Source: Rhizodiscina lignyota (Eukaryota). Taken from it: a stretch of 64,000 nucleotides of DNA. Numbering within the stretch: the first letter of the stretch is position 1; each line of letters begins with the position of its first letter. Positions 11,201-24,175 of this stretch are shown here, piece after piece. The DNA lies in NCBI GenBank assembly GCA_010015805.1, contig ML978127.1, forward strand, positions 1,798,001 through 1,862,000. Direction: 5' to 3'. Below the pieces are notes generated by a model. It saw nothing but the letters and a program-made list of their open reading frames with translations. It did not search any database and had not been told where the DNA came from. The position numbers and the translations under genes are program-made.

Positions 11201-13602
11201 CGGCATGTGGCAAGAGACGATTCACCTCGGACCGACACCACACCTGGTAGGGGGTACGGCGAGGAACACTCGGAGCACGTAGGCACGAAGTTGCTGTCAT
11301 GCACATTAACAGACGATTCTGAAGAACGGCCCGTGATCTTGATGTACCTCGGGAGAAGGTCGACTATTGAACAACCGTCAAGGTCGAGGTAACCCGCTCG
11401 AACAGAGTTGACATGCATTGTGTCCATGCGATAACCTTCAATGTGTCAGTGGCACGGGATGCGCCTTGGTGGTTGAGGAAATTCACCTATTCCAAGCGGA
11501 TATGCACATTTTTTGCAGGAGACGGAGCGAATGCCAGAAACGTCTGCGTTTGTATTGTTCTTAAGATTCGTTACGTCCATTGTGTCTTTGCATCGATCGC
11601 ACTTGACGGTAATTGAAAGAGAGACAAGTTCGAGAAGCTCGATGCCGTGAAGCTCAAGGAAAGGAAAGGACATGAGGATGCCTCGCTCAGCAGTGGACGT
11701 GGCAGGTTGACTAGTAGACTCTTCTTGAATGTCTTCGTCCTCTGTTTCGTCACCAGAGTCGTAGGAGTATGAATCGTCTGAGTCGTCTGCATCTTCAGCA
11801 TCTACCACTGTCCATTCAGGTGGCCTTGGGATGGTGATGATATGACTCCGATCATCCTTTGTACTGCTCGCAGCGACTGGTTCTATCGTAATTGTCGCAG
11901 GAGCCACTGGGCTCTGGACCTCGGTCTGAGCCGTGGATGTGTCTTTTGCCATAGTATACATATTTTGGACAAGGTAATTGACGTGATTCATCAGCGTGTA
12001 CTGAGAGTTTTGCGAAACGCGAGAGGAGAATGATCGCTCGACATTACGAGCTTCCTCTCCCTCAACACCTACCACAGTAATGCCTGGAGGCTCTAGGTTG
12101 TAGAGTCTTGGGACATAGAGTTTTACTGTCTTGACGGATTGTAGAGAAACTGGAAGCTCCTCTCGCTTTCGTGCCTCGATGGGGACGGTGTAGACGTAGC
12201 CATCCGCAGACTTCTCAAAGCGTGGCAACCGGCCAAGTCTAGCTTCTAGCTGTCTTGTCTCAGCTTCCCTAATTTGTTCGGCGCTCGCTTTCTGTGCATC
12301 GCTGAAGCTCGGTGGAAGTGTTTCTGTAGCCCGTTGCGATACCTCACCGTGTGATCTGTTTTGGTCAGCAGGCAGTTCCGGTTCGGGCGATCTTGCGATT
12401 TGCTTGTTCAGATTAGCAACAAGTTTGATTGTCTCTGCTTTCGGCGCCGCCAGGAAGAACTCCAGCTGCTTATCCAGAAGGTTCAGCATTTGCAACAACG
12501 TGCTACGTGGATGCTCCGCGGTTATCTGATCAAAGCCTCGCTCGATGTTGATTTGATATCCGCGGTCCATGTCCTTGTTCTTGACCCGGATACTCGGGGT
12601 TCCTGCAGCAGGATATTCTTGGGGTACTGTAAGCACGCATTCAAGCGCGGACATTTCGAATGGAAAATCTGGGTCCGATGGCGTAAGACTGAATTTCAAT
12701 ATTGTCTTGCTCTCCAGGTCTTGCTCCTCGGCAGCAAATCTCCGGCGGACTTGACCAAGCTGGAATGCCCTAGGATTCTCAGCTTGTGCGAGTGGTACGG
12801 GCCGTTGGACCACTCGAGACGGATCGACAGGCTGAGCAGCATATTGGCGAGCCTGATTCTTTTGTTTAATTTGGGATTCCTCAGCTCCGGCAGGGCTGTC
12901 GTTGACGTGTGACGTCGGCGCGTCGACCTGTGGCTGAAGCGGCTGTGCAGAAGCACGTTCGGATTTCGCGACTCCAACGGCGCGCGTGTCATCATGAATG
13001 AACGGGCAATCAGCGCCTGCTCGACATCCTACAACATTACAAAACGGTAAATTAGAAGAGCAGTCGTGGCAGGAGAATAGGAGGATTGTTTGCCGCCCCG
13101 AATATCAAATGGGGGGTGCTGAATCACCCGCACGGGCCAGAGATGCAGCACAAGCAAGCAAATCAAAAGAAGAAGCGAAGAGGAACAATAAGCGTACAAC
13201 CCCGAACCCCGGCAGCTCGAGGAATCATCAGTAGAGAGTGCTTAGGGAGATCATGATCGTGCAGCAAACGTAAGACTTACCGTTGCGGCTGCCGTAGAAC
13301 CGACAGACCTGCTTTCGCTTTCGCGGCGAGGGGCGAGGGCGAGGATGAGGCGACGCTGCTGCTCGTGGCGCTGACGATGCGCTGGCTGCTGGCAGTGGTG
13401 CTGGTGATGTTACGGGCGCGCGTTGATGAGAGACAGGAGCGTGAGCAGATGACCCGAGTTCTGCAGCGGTTAAAGATGGGGACAGCGCATATGCTGGAGA
13501 GGGGCCAATACCGAGTCCAGGCGCCTGCTGTTGTTGCTCCTGGCTCTGCTTCCGGTCTGCTGAGGCGCCGCCGTCGTTGCCTGATGCGGCGCTTGCCTCC
13601 AT
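8202..13602 (-). CDS. CCCH zinc finger, RWD/UBC-like region and C-terminal CHY zinc finger protein, 13 exons: 13602-13281, 13028-11487, 11435-11348, 11293-11181, 11088-11041, 10876-10845, 10675-10587, 10516-10481, 10396-10343, 9908-9901, 9772-9677, 8762-8730, 8248-8202
   Basis: Junctions are GT..AG and phase-consistent; product contains CRFYGSRNG|CRAGADCPFIH, PSDPDFPF, GRCSHYSKSYRWFRFSCCAKVYPCDRCHD...MICGFCSREQ...CGIC...GFWEGGKGTRDKLRMSRKDPRKYKRR. Confidence 0.9.
8370..8647. repeat. Long imperfect inverted repeat (~130-nt arms, ~15-nt loop) inside the last intron of the CHY gene
   Basis: Left arm ccaccaccttctattctccatcgaa...cctcag (8370-8501) aligns to the reverse complement of 8517-8647 at roughly 75% by hand. 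Confidence 0.9.
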
Positions 13603-15396
13603 GTTGCTGTTGATAGAGGAAGATATTGGTCGACGGGCTGAGACGCGAGGGGCCAGTGGAGAGGCGTGGGCGAAGGCGGCCTCTCGGGTTGGAGCGTAGA
13701 TCTGGGGTAATGCTCTGGGCTTGGAAGTGGGCGGTAAGGAGAGTGCAGCGGGAGCGTTGCCGCCCGGTCAGCAGGTACGACAGGAAATGGTGATGCAGCA
13801 GCTTCACGTTTCCGACGGCCAGCTGTGCTGTGTCTTCTACTCGAGCGAGCTGGCCATGATGCTCGTGACCTTGACTCATCCCACGCCGCCATGATGACTC
13901 TGCCTCAGTCACTGTCACCTTGGCGATCTGCGAGCTTGCCGCCGAAACTGCTCACATCGCAAGAGTGTATGGAATGCGCCGACTGATCGTCTCATACATA
14001 CGGGCAAGGCAGAGCAGCTGCTACGCGAGATGCGCTGGGCAGATGATGGCAGATGATGTGATGGCCTTCTAGAAGCTCGAAGCTGCCCGATGCGGAAGGT
14101 CGAAGGTCGATACCGATGCGGCGCTATCAATATCGATATCGACACGTCCATCACCGTCTATCGCGACGCATACTCACGCCTGCCATCGGCCGCGCTGGGC
14201 GCTGACGACTGCTTCACTGGCGCTGTATCGTGGGCGTGGAGAGCCGTAACAAACACTTCCAAATCCTGTAAATTGCACAATCAGCACCAGCCACACTTGC
14301 TCGTTGCAGCCGCTGCAGTATTTTCGGCGTCCGGGATGGTGGAAGGGTCGGCCAAAAGCAGCACAGCTGTAGGAAACGTACGACCGCCGGAGCTCGCACA
14401 AGAGCTGGTGGCGTGGGCCGTGAACGTCAACTTGTTCATGCGGTGCATGCATGGCCAGCATGGAGAGTCCTGCTACCACTTGCATAAGCGCGGCCGTGTG
14501 GAGCGTCGACTTGTCCACGTTCATGATGAATCAGAAAGGCGGTCGGAACGCAGTTGGCTCTCCATGTGCCGTCCACGAGCAAGTTTCGTGCTTGTTGAAT
14601 ATATGTTGGGAGAGGCTCGATCTGGCCTACCCACACTATTTGATGAGATGTGGAGACAGCCTTGCGCGCGCCGGCAGGGCAGTGCAAGTGACTGTCAGAT
14701 GTCAAACGGTCGAAGTTCGGCACGACTGCAAATAATTGTGGGCTGAAAGGCGGCTCTCCCTGTTGATCTCGAACGGGAGATGTACAAGTTGCACGCAGTC
14801 ACAAAGGAACAATGAGGCACAGTGTAGTCAATGCAATTTGCTTTTCCATTAAAATCAAAGGTATCGAGCTGCTGGTGACGATTTTTGACGTTCACCTTAC
14901 CGCTAGTTGTAGACAATGCCGAGAGATCCGCCATTGCAAGAGAGCAAATCGGCGGTCGTGGCTCCACCCAAAAAGCCCCATAATGGTACAGCGGTGTGGG
15001 TGTTATGGTACAGAGCGCAACTTGCTGACTGCTTCGTGCAAATTTTGCAACGAAGTGGATATCCGGCTCGATGCTGAACGCAACCCGAGAGACGTAATCC
15101 GTCAAATGCAAATTTCCCTCCGTGCTTCGCCAGTGGCGACATGAGGGGTAATCGTGAGAAAGTCATTAACTCATGCCGTAAAAAAACAAAATGGTATCTT
15201 TGTAAAGGAAGTACCCGTGAATCAGAGGCATTGGACCGCCAAAATGCCTTGGGATGCTGTAGCCGAGGCGAAGCTCGGAACAGTGCTTTCGCTTTCGCAA
15301 TACGCCGTTGCGCTGTGCTGTGAATCAAATGACAATGCCGCCCGAAGAAGGAAGAAGTGGTCATTAGCTGTATGATGGTCGGCCGTGAGGTCCGTA

Positions 15397-17204
15397 CTAC
15401 CACCCTTTGGTGTGGTACTCTAGAAGTCCGTTATCGAAATGATTAAGTGAGGTTGCTTTGTGGTCGTCGTGGTCGCGGATGGGTGGCAGACGTCCTGAGT
15501 AGTTGGAGAGGTTTTCGTTTGGATAGTGCTTGAGGTTCTTGACGTCGTTGGAGGTATGGCGGCGCTTCAGGTGAGCAGAAGCGGTCGAGTTCTTCTGCTG
15601 TCGCTCCCAGAGCAGGTGCTTGCGGAGAGACTCGGTCATCTCAGAGGAGAGCATGTTGCGACGAGTCGTCTTGGGAGACATGGGCATGATTGGAATGCCG
15701 GTGTTCGAGGTTGTCACGATGATCGGTTTTGAGCGCAGTGCGTTGGCTTGACCTGGCATCTCAAGCTCCGCACCCTCCCTCGGGGAAGCAGCAAGCGAGG
15801 GACCGTTGGGAGTCGAAGTTCGCGAACGTCGGATTGCAGGAGTAGAGCGAGAAGCCAGATTCTGCAGGGCAGCTGCTCGGTCTGGCTCGTGAATCGCTTG
15901 AGTGAGGAGGGAACGTCGTGAAGTGAGGTGGGCCTGCGAATCGAGACGTCTGAACATTTCGTTCTCGTTCATGCTCGATGTTCCACTGTTCTCGTCCTCA
16001 TCTTCCCAGTCCACATCGTCGTCGTCCTCGATTGCGCTCTCCGACTCCTCCTCTTCCGAGTCACTCTCAAACACTTCTTCGCTCTCGTACGCCCTGGTGC
16101 TCACCTCCTCTTTGAACGAGGTTGTCTTCGAGGAGCCGTTGGAAGAGGTCTTCTTCAACGAGTTGGTCAGGTTGCTGCTCTTTCCAAATCGCGTCTCCAG
16201 TGAACTCTCATCGCCCTCGCCTGACGATCCACCGAGCGTGAATGTCGCAGTCTTGCGTTTGGATGCATCGGGCCTCGAGAAGACTTGCTTCATGGATGGA
16301 GATGTCTTGAGAATCGGGGTGGGTGTTGGAGCAAGATTCGAGGAAGAGCGGATAGAAGATGAGATGCGACCGAGTGAAAAGCCACGGACAATGCTGTGCG
16401 AGCTCAGCTCGGTCGACGTGCTCGCGTCGGAATCCATTGGCGGACTCATGCCTGAGGAGAAATCGCTTGCCGTGGTTGTGGTGGTCGCGACCGTAGAAGT
16501 TGAAGATTCGGGCACCATGGCGGGCGGAGGAGACGAAGGGCGAGGTGTGGTGTCCTCGCCACGCTGGCGGTTGGGCGAGGAGGTTGGGGAGGCTGTCAGG
16601 TGGTGAATATGCTGCGGCGTGAGTGTTCGGGGTAGCGGCGGGAGCTTCTCCAGCGACTTGTTTTCCTTTATTGATACGACAATCTTTTCGAGGTCAATGG
16701 GAGTAATGTGCTTCTCCTTGCCCTTATTGTGGCTCTCTTCCGCGTCTTGCCGTCGCAGCTCAGGCCGCGCGGGAGTTGGGTCTGAGTGTTGGCAGACGCT
16801 GCGGGTCGCGCCTTCTCTGTGTGAAGCGGCGGATGAGGCGTCCGACTCCAGGCTCGACGACAGCTCTGGAATGGCCGTCGGCGAGTCTGGAGAGTTAAAT
16901 GTTCGCGGGCGACGAGAGAAGTTCCAGCGCGGTGGCGTGCACGGCTGGCCAGATGATGCGCAGCAGAAAGTCTCCCGGTTCCAGAGGCGCCAGCTCAGAT
17001 TCTCTAATCGTCTGCCGTCCTCCATCGTCTCTGCGCATTTCGAGAACACTGTCACCACGTCAGTCAGCTGAGTTGGCACACCGATGCCAGCGCGTCACAC
17101 GTACCGGACCAAAGGCCAAACAGATTTTCTACGTTCTGAGTGTCGATGGTGTGCATGGAGTCGAACTCCACCTTCATAATGGGCTTGCCAGAGCGGATCG
17201 GCAT
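15397..17204 (-). CDS. DUF1752 + DUF3295 protein, Mks1-like regulator (exons 17204-17105, 17048-15397)
   Basis: MPIRSGKPIMKVEFDSMHTIDTQNVENLFGLWS|VFSKCA...GRRLENLSWRLWNRE; C-terminal SPKTTRRNMLSSEMTESLRKHLLWERQQK and terminal YHTKGW. Confidence 0.85.
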
Positions 17205-17574
17205 TTTGAGCACGTCGCGCTCGAACAAAGCGAGCGCAGCACCTTGTCAGGCACTCCTTGGAGGGGCGGTGTGGATTTAACGGTTCTGGAAATATGGGAA
17301 AACGGCCGTTTTCGTCGTTGGGCGACGGTGCAACTCGCACGGCTGGTGCTGGTGATGATTGCGTCAAAGATCGGCAAATACCTCGCACGCGCCTTCACAC
17401 TGGACGAAGCGGACGGCGTATCTCGGTACCTGGGCACGGAACGGCGACGACGGCATGCCCACGCGATTAGAGCTTCGGGTGTCCGGTCGTGGTGGTGGCA
17501 GACGGGCTGCGAGTTGGAGGGTAGCAGGCGTGCCTTTGTCTGGCAGCGGATAATGGGCACAGGCGGTATGTATA

Positions 17575-17596
17575 TGGATGGATGGATGGATGGATG
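17575..17596. repeat. (TGGA)n microsatellite
   Basis: tggatggatggatggatggatg. Confidence 0.8.
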
Positions 17597-20500
17597 TACG
17601 GGGAGCAACACCACGCTGCAACTGGCAAGAGTCGGGCTGCGGGCAGGATATGTACCAAATGCTACCACATGTCCGGATCCAAAATCGCGGCGGCGCCCCC
17701 ATTCTACGCTCAAGCCAGGACTCCCTCGCAGGCGCAGGGCATGGGTGACGCAGGTTTATTTTTCCCCGGCTTCATTGGGCGCAGCCCTGCCAGTGTGTCC
17801 TTCTTCCGCACCTCGTCCTTCCACCGCACCCCGCGTGTCACACGGCCGACACATCACCTGGCGCGAGGGAAAAAGCACCTCTCGACTCCCTCCAGTGACC
17901 CAATCTCAGACGCCCGCCTGGCCTAGAAGGTACCTCCGTTCTCCTTGTCTCCCTCTCCCAGTCACATCCTGTCGCTTCGCCGCATCTGCTTGGCTGGCAC
18001 CGCATCTAATTGATCCTGATCCCGCCGCTTCCCCGGCAATGGGCGCCGTTTGGCCTAGCCATCAGACACGCGCCCCTGAGCACCCAGCAAACGCGCCAAA
18101 GGCACGACTCAGACGGAGCGTCGGGATGCTGATGAGGCGCAGACAGCAGCCCGATGTGACCGCGGCCAGAAAAACGAGTGGGCTGGGGGGTTTGCGCGCG
18201 ACGGTCTGGGCGTGGGCGTGGGGATCACGGGGCTCCAAGCCAGTAGCCAGGAGATTCAAGCTTCGTCACACCAAGCAAAGAAGGTTCCTCCTTCCACTGC
18301 TCCCCGGCGGAAGCGTTGCGCGACTGACTCGCCCGCTGTCGGGAGTTTTAGGATGTTCCTTGGGCAACACCAATTCGTCAGGTACCTCTCCAGTCCTGGA
18401 AATACGAATGCTCCTCTCACAACGCGAAAAGCCAATACATCAGCAGTGCTACAGAGTATTTTCAGCTGTCCATCTGGGCATGCAGAGGTCCGAAGGCCTT
18501 TCTCATTCTTTGGTCATCTGCCTCCCCCGAATGCGGCAAACTGGCCCGTCAGCGTGCAATGGCTGGTTGGAGGTAACTTACCGTTTGTTACCGTTGGTCA
18601 GCGCCGTTCTGAAAACAGCCGCGTGGCATGAGGATCTGGCAGGCGGCACGCCGCTACGAGACAGCCGATCGACTGTGGCGCATGGAACGGAGCAAAGGCC
18701 GCCTAGCTGATCAGGGAATGTCACGGAATTAAGACCCATTCCGCGGGTCACGAGTCAGGAAAGGTACGTACCAGACCCTCGTAGACCCTCGTTTATTGAT
18801 CCTCAGCCTCGCCATGAGTGAAGCCGTGCATTAAGAGTTATGATTTTCATGCACAGAGCACGTCTCATACGATCAATGTGTCTGGCCATTCTCCAGCTGC
18901 AATTGTATCCCGCGAAACTATTGCATTGTATCTGTGCTCCCCCGGCTTTGACCCTCATTTTGGCAGGTTTATTGCTCGTACCGTTTCGTCTACTTCATCG
19001 GATGAACTCCGCTGACAAGCATCCGCTGCTGGCAAAACGGTGGCAGAGAAGCTTATTGCACCAATCAAGCAAAATGTTCATCCCTTTGCGCCTTATTTTT
19101 CCATCTTTTACATACTGACCACGCGGACCTCGACGCTCGCTCGTCTGGCTATAGAGGCATGACTCAGATCTGGAAGGCCGTCCATCAGGATCTCCAGATA
19201 TGCGGAGAAGCTTGCGGGGTTGATGAGACAAATCCTCCAACTCAATGCGGTGCTCGGGAGAACATTGAACTCAGAATACGCGCGAAATCGCGCTCGTGAT
19301 TTCCACAACGACTCATGGACGATCAGTGCCCATTCGGCCTGATCGAGTGGAGGAGAGCTTCCGCCGTCGGTCAACCGTCGACCAATGCTACGCATCGCCA
19401 GCCTTTGAAACTCGTCAGGTGCAAGCAGCCACCTGCATTCGGCTTATGCAATGCGCACTGGCTGGAATATTTCACAAATATATGATAATATCACGCAGCC
19501 TGCCAATCTCTGGCAGAATGAAGTGCGCTTAGCACTCAGCAAGGACATCGTCCTCGTGGCAGCGCTCCGTGCACCATGCCTATTTGCTTGCCGAGGTGGA
19601 GTACCCGGAACCCCCCTTGGATGGCAGATGACCTGCAACCTCAACTTCACGCCGTTTACACAGACGCCTCGGAGTCAGCTCCCAGCGTAATTCTCCTATC
19701 GAGACCTTTGCCGCATCCCGCGCGAGATCTTCTTTGCCGCTGCTCGCTGGCTTCTTCCAGGTCCCTTAAGTAGGCGAATTGCCAACGCAGATGCATTGTT
19801 CAAATGCTCAGCCTTGCTGCAACCTTGTGACCGCCTCGTAAACGGCAGCATGTATCTGTCTAGAAACAACTACTCCGCAGGTACCCACAAATGTGTGCGA
19901 GACCCTCGAAAGTTTAAGTACCCACAAGGTCTCGATTAACCGGCGACAGCGCCCCTGAAAGGAACTGGATTCGACCCCAGTCTGCATGCTGACATCGAAT
20001 GCTCACGCGGACGGATGCCTTCGACGCAGGCGAATTTGCATGCGGCGATCTCGGTCCAATCCAGCGCTGCGGGCCGTTGATCGGTTCCAGAACCGAGGCG
20101 ACTTGTATTTATCCGGCATACCGCTCGTCGACCTGCTTGATCGACTGCAAGAGATGGGGAAATGGAAATCGCCTGCATAGAACTCAGGATGATCTCCTTT
20201 GTGGCCTTATAGGCCTTGTGGCCCTCAGGATAGATGTTGCGGGTCTGCGACCAGATCAGGAGGCCCACAAATACTATGCACTGATATCGACCACTTCTGC
20301 TCGCAACAGCAACTCTTAACATGTGTCTCCGAAACCGCACCGCTTAACCGCGCTCTTAAGAGCATCCCGTGTTTCTCACACGGGGTGGCATCGCTCTCGT
20401 GAGCACTCTCGTGAGTCGTGGTGCTGACTGTTAACCCTATACCCGGTGAAATTCTCCGGTTACCACGGTACTGACTACAAAGGTGTGCGAACCGCGGACC

Positions 20501-23500
20501 TGGGACCTCCAGTTTTCGTCCCAAGCTACCTAGTGTACGTGTCTCGTGGGGCGTTTCTGGGGTCGAATGTCGTGAGGCTGCGCAAATAGCCATTGTGCGC
20601 GCTCGGCAGTTACACGTTGATTACCTTCTCACTCAGCGGTACCCCTCAGGCAGCCTTCAGATCTGTCGTCCTGCTGGATCGCCTTGTCAGCGCGTCTCTC
20701 CCCGCTTCTCCACAGTCCTGTGACAGGTACCACAGGAACAGGCTGCACAGCAAGTTTAGGTACGAGTTGCGAAAGCTGAGGAGCCGCTGATGGGGCTGAA
20801 GGGGGCCGCTTCCTGCACAAGTCACACAGGACTCGGACTTTCTTCGTCTATCAATAGCCGTGTAACAATAAGCACACCGAGGATTCAATACATGCTGTAT
20901 CGTACTGATATCGCAGTGGAACACTGCCATGAGTCGTCTCTGCAGTGCGGCATCCGGCTACCTTCATCAGACTCGGCGGTGGCTTTCATGGCGAAAACGC
21001 AGGGCAAACCCACCCAGCCTGAGGCGCTAAGGCAACAAAGCCTGGCTGCAGCGATCCGCGACCCGACGCTTTGGGCCGGGACACCAGCAATCTGGATTTG
21101 GCCTAGTACCCGCGCCTCTCCTGCATGGAGCGTCGGTCCCATTCTGTACTTCTCTACATGAAGAACCAACATCCAACCTCGCTCCTCCAACGACATATCG
21201 CCATGCCTCAAGCAGTTGCTTTTGCTTTGTCCGCAGGCGCTTGGACAGGACGGTGACATCGACATGTAGCGTCACCGATTATGCACTCTCGTCTAGTCTC
21301 GAGCGGCAGCGCTCGGAGCAGTCTCAAATGCGGAACTCGAATCCGCAGCCGAACGACTCGCCCACGACGTCGTCGGCCCTTTATCCTGACTCTTTGCCGA
21401 GCGCTACCGCCTTCTAGCGCTTCCAGGTTGCGGCCCAACCCCAACTGCCGCACCTCCACATGGAAGCAGCCCGCCGTGCGCCATTCCTTTTCATCTCGCG
21501 CTGCTAGCCTGCGTTATCCCTTTCGAACAATCGCGAGATTGGACTTGCAACAGCTTCGACGCCACCAAACTGCACCAAACCCTACCCACCCCGTGAACGA
21601 ACAGGCGGAGCAGCCCCCGCCCGACTCGCGTATGGTTGACTCGCGGTGGCTGGCGGGGGGAACGCGGGTTCGAGGGCCGGCCCTTGGAATTGGGTTTTAG
21701 ACCTCCCACCACCCGTTCCGCTTTGATGCAATTTGTTTCCACGAGGGGGGTGTAGGTGAGCTGGGATGGTATCTCCGTGCTTCTACCGGGATTGTCTCCG
21801 AGACACCGCACTCTTTTGACGATGCTCACGACTGTCGTGGACGATTGATTGGACTGCTGACCTCCCGCTTCTTGAGACTTCGAAAGTGGAGGGGTGGTTG
21901 TCTTTGCTTTTGCTTCGGCCGCGCGGGAAACTCCAACTACAGACAAAGTGGGTACGTACATATTCCAGCATCCAGTGTTCCGGTTCCCCGGGCCAACCTA
22001 AAATGAGGTATTTGGATTCCTTTGCTTGTTCAGGGGCCTGCATGCCCCGAAATTTCGCATGTGCATGGCTCTCTTGTCGTTTTGGGCAGACTGTTGTCGT
22101 TGCATCATTCCCGGCGATCCGTGTTGTGGAGAAGGACCATTTCCAAGTTCGAGTTTGCTGGGTCTGAATCATCACCGATTCAGGGGGAAGCATGCGTCCA
22201 ACACCACGGTCCGCTCCCCCAACTAACGCTCCTTTTCGCACGGTTAACCCAATATCCTGATTCGGGCGCGGTTCCTGCAGTAACTTCGGTTGTTTGGTAA
22301 GTGGGACCTGCGTCGCCTGCAAGATCCTGACCTTCGCTTGAGATCCTCGGGTTTTGGTAGGCGACGTCGCCATCATAAACGCACGAGCTGTCCGTGCTGT
22401 ATTCCATCATCAAACTGCTACCTCGAAGAGGCGAACGTCATGTCTTCTACCCTTGACGTCAGCGTAAGTATTCGGACCGCGAGGTGCAGGCTTCATCCGT
22501 CCACAACCGCTCCATACGACCTTAGGACTTCTGAGGTTTGATCATCTTTCATATTCCTTCACAAAAGCAGAAACATGTCTCGACTGCTGTCGAGAAGCTC
22601 TTTTCGTACACATCTCATGATCATTCCACTTTCGCGGTCGTACAATATGCTCTTTGCCTCAGAACATGAAGTCATCCTCCACTCATTTTAATATCGAACG
22701 TATCGTAAGCAGAAACATCCATTAAGCGCAACGAGAAGTATGTTAAACATCTCTCTACGATAATTGTTTACCAGTCTGCTACACTATTTGGATTCTGTTC
22801 GTTGCTCGTCATGCTCGATGGTGTGGCCAGAACGAGAAGCCTACGTTCAAGGCAGATCAGGATCATCAGGTAGATGTCTTAAGTTTATACAGTCTCTGTC
22901 AAGAGGATGTTACGTTTATTGTCGAAGGGACTGCACTCGGTCCGATTAATTCTGATCTCAGACGTCTTATATCCCGTGGAGATATTCTATTACGGAAGAG
23001 GGAAGAGTGAGAAAAATGGAGCTCAGCGAGTGAGATACAGTAAACCGGCCAAGTTTGTCCCGACTTCCACTTCTCATTGAACTCAAAGTGAGCAACCCAT
23101 TTACTCTGCGAAGAAGCTAGTCTCCGGCTAGCGAACGGTCTTCTACAGCGCCACTATTGCACAGTTGCCTTCACTACTTCTCAGAAGCTTCCGCATGTTG
23201 GTGAGTTTACATTTGAGGTTATCAAGAAGTAGCTTACAAGCGTACCTAGAAGATTTATTTATTATTATCGAGGAAAAGATGCATCAATGCGGACCACATT
23301 GCTGACGAAAAACTAGCTCCGTATAACACATCACGGAACAGTATCGAGGCATGACGAGCTCCTTTGCGATTAATCTGGAATTATCGATACTGGATATCAA
23401 AACTCTCAATCAAAGCGCGTCATCGCAGGCTTGAAAATCCCTATCTTTTAACAGTAGATTTCTGAGACTTAGAATATGCGGCAGAACGAGAATTAATATG

Positions 23501-24175
23501 ACCTCATCAAATCGTCACTGCAAATGGCAAGAGTACTAAGATATGAAGTGGTCTAGAAGATTACAGTGCGCACTTACTGTTGTCGAGATCTCCAAATTGA
23601 ACATGAGCTTCTCTCATTGATCTGTTTCCGGGATATTTCATTGTGTCAATGGTATGTACGATCCTTCTCGTCCGAGAAGTTGAAGTGGAATTAGTACATG
23701 TTCTTTGACGCTGTAGGTTCATGCTCCGCTGGTCAACTGTACTCAATTCGATCTGCAAATACCTAAGCAATTAGTTAGCCTCAAACAATAGCCAAATATT
23801 TCCTATGCAGGCACTGTATGAATTATCGATGGTGAGCATTCCGCCCTGCCGTCGGAAGAACGTCGGGTGGTGCACTTCCGGCGATATGCGTGCGTTAACA
23901 AACCAATCGCGCACCGCACAACTCAGCACCGCTTTACAATCCCACTCGACTTTCAATTGCACCATGTCGACCGCACAGCGGCATACAGGCGTGCGATCAA
24001 TCATACAAACCATCTCACACCCTCCCGCCGCGCATGCATAGCCACCTCCGACCTCCTCTCCGCCGTCCAGCGGGGGCCTGCAAACGAACAGCGTAGGAGA
24101 GGTACCTTACTGATCCACCTGCTTGTCAGAGCCCAAGCCACCGCTGCCGCACGCCTGAACAAGTAAGAATAAGCC

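Noticed and set aside
13603..15396. Several 100-220 aa ORFs between the CHY and Mks1-like genes
   Set aside because: Overlapping on both strands with no motifs; more consistent with UTR and promoter sequence
16899..18710. 603-aa plus-strand ORF
   Set aside because: Non-ATG start, antisense to the Mks1-like 5' end and its GC-rich promoter, Arg/Pro/Ala-rich with no domain; likely a chance ORF in GC-rich DNA
20432..20439. TAACCCTA as a possible telomerase RNA template
   Set aside because: An 8-mer is expected by chance in 64 kb; the full TAACCCTAA and supporting pseudoknot elements were not found
22540..23560. Possible third copy of the 55-bp array (TCTTT at 22545, 22599, 22651; scattered GAAGA)
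   Set aside because: Phase is not maintained beyond three units by eye; needs an HMM scan
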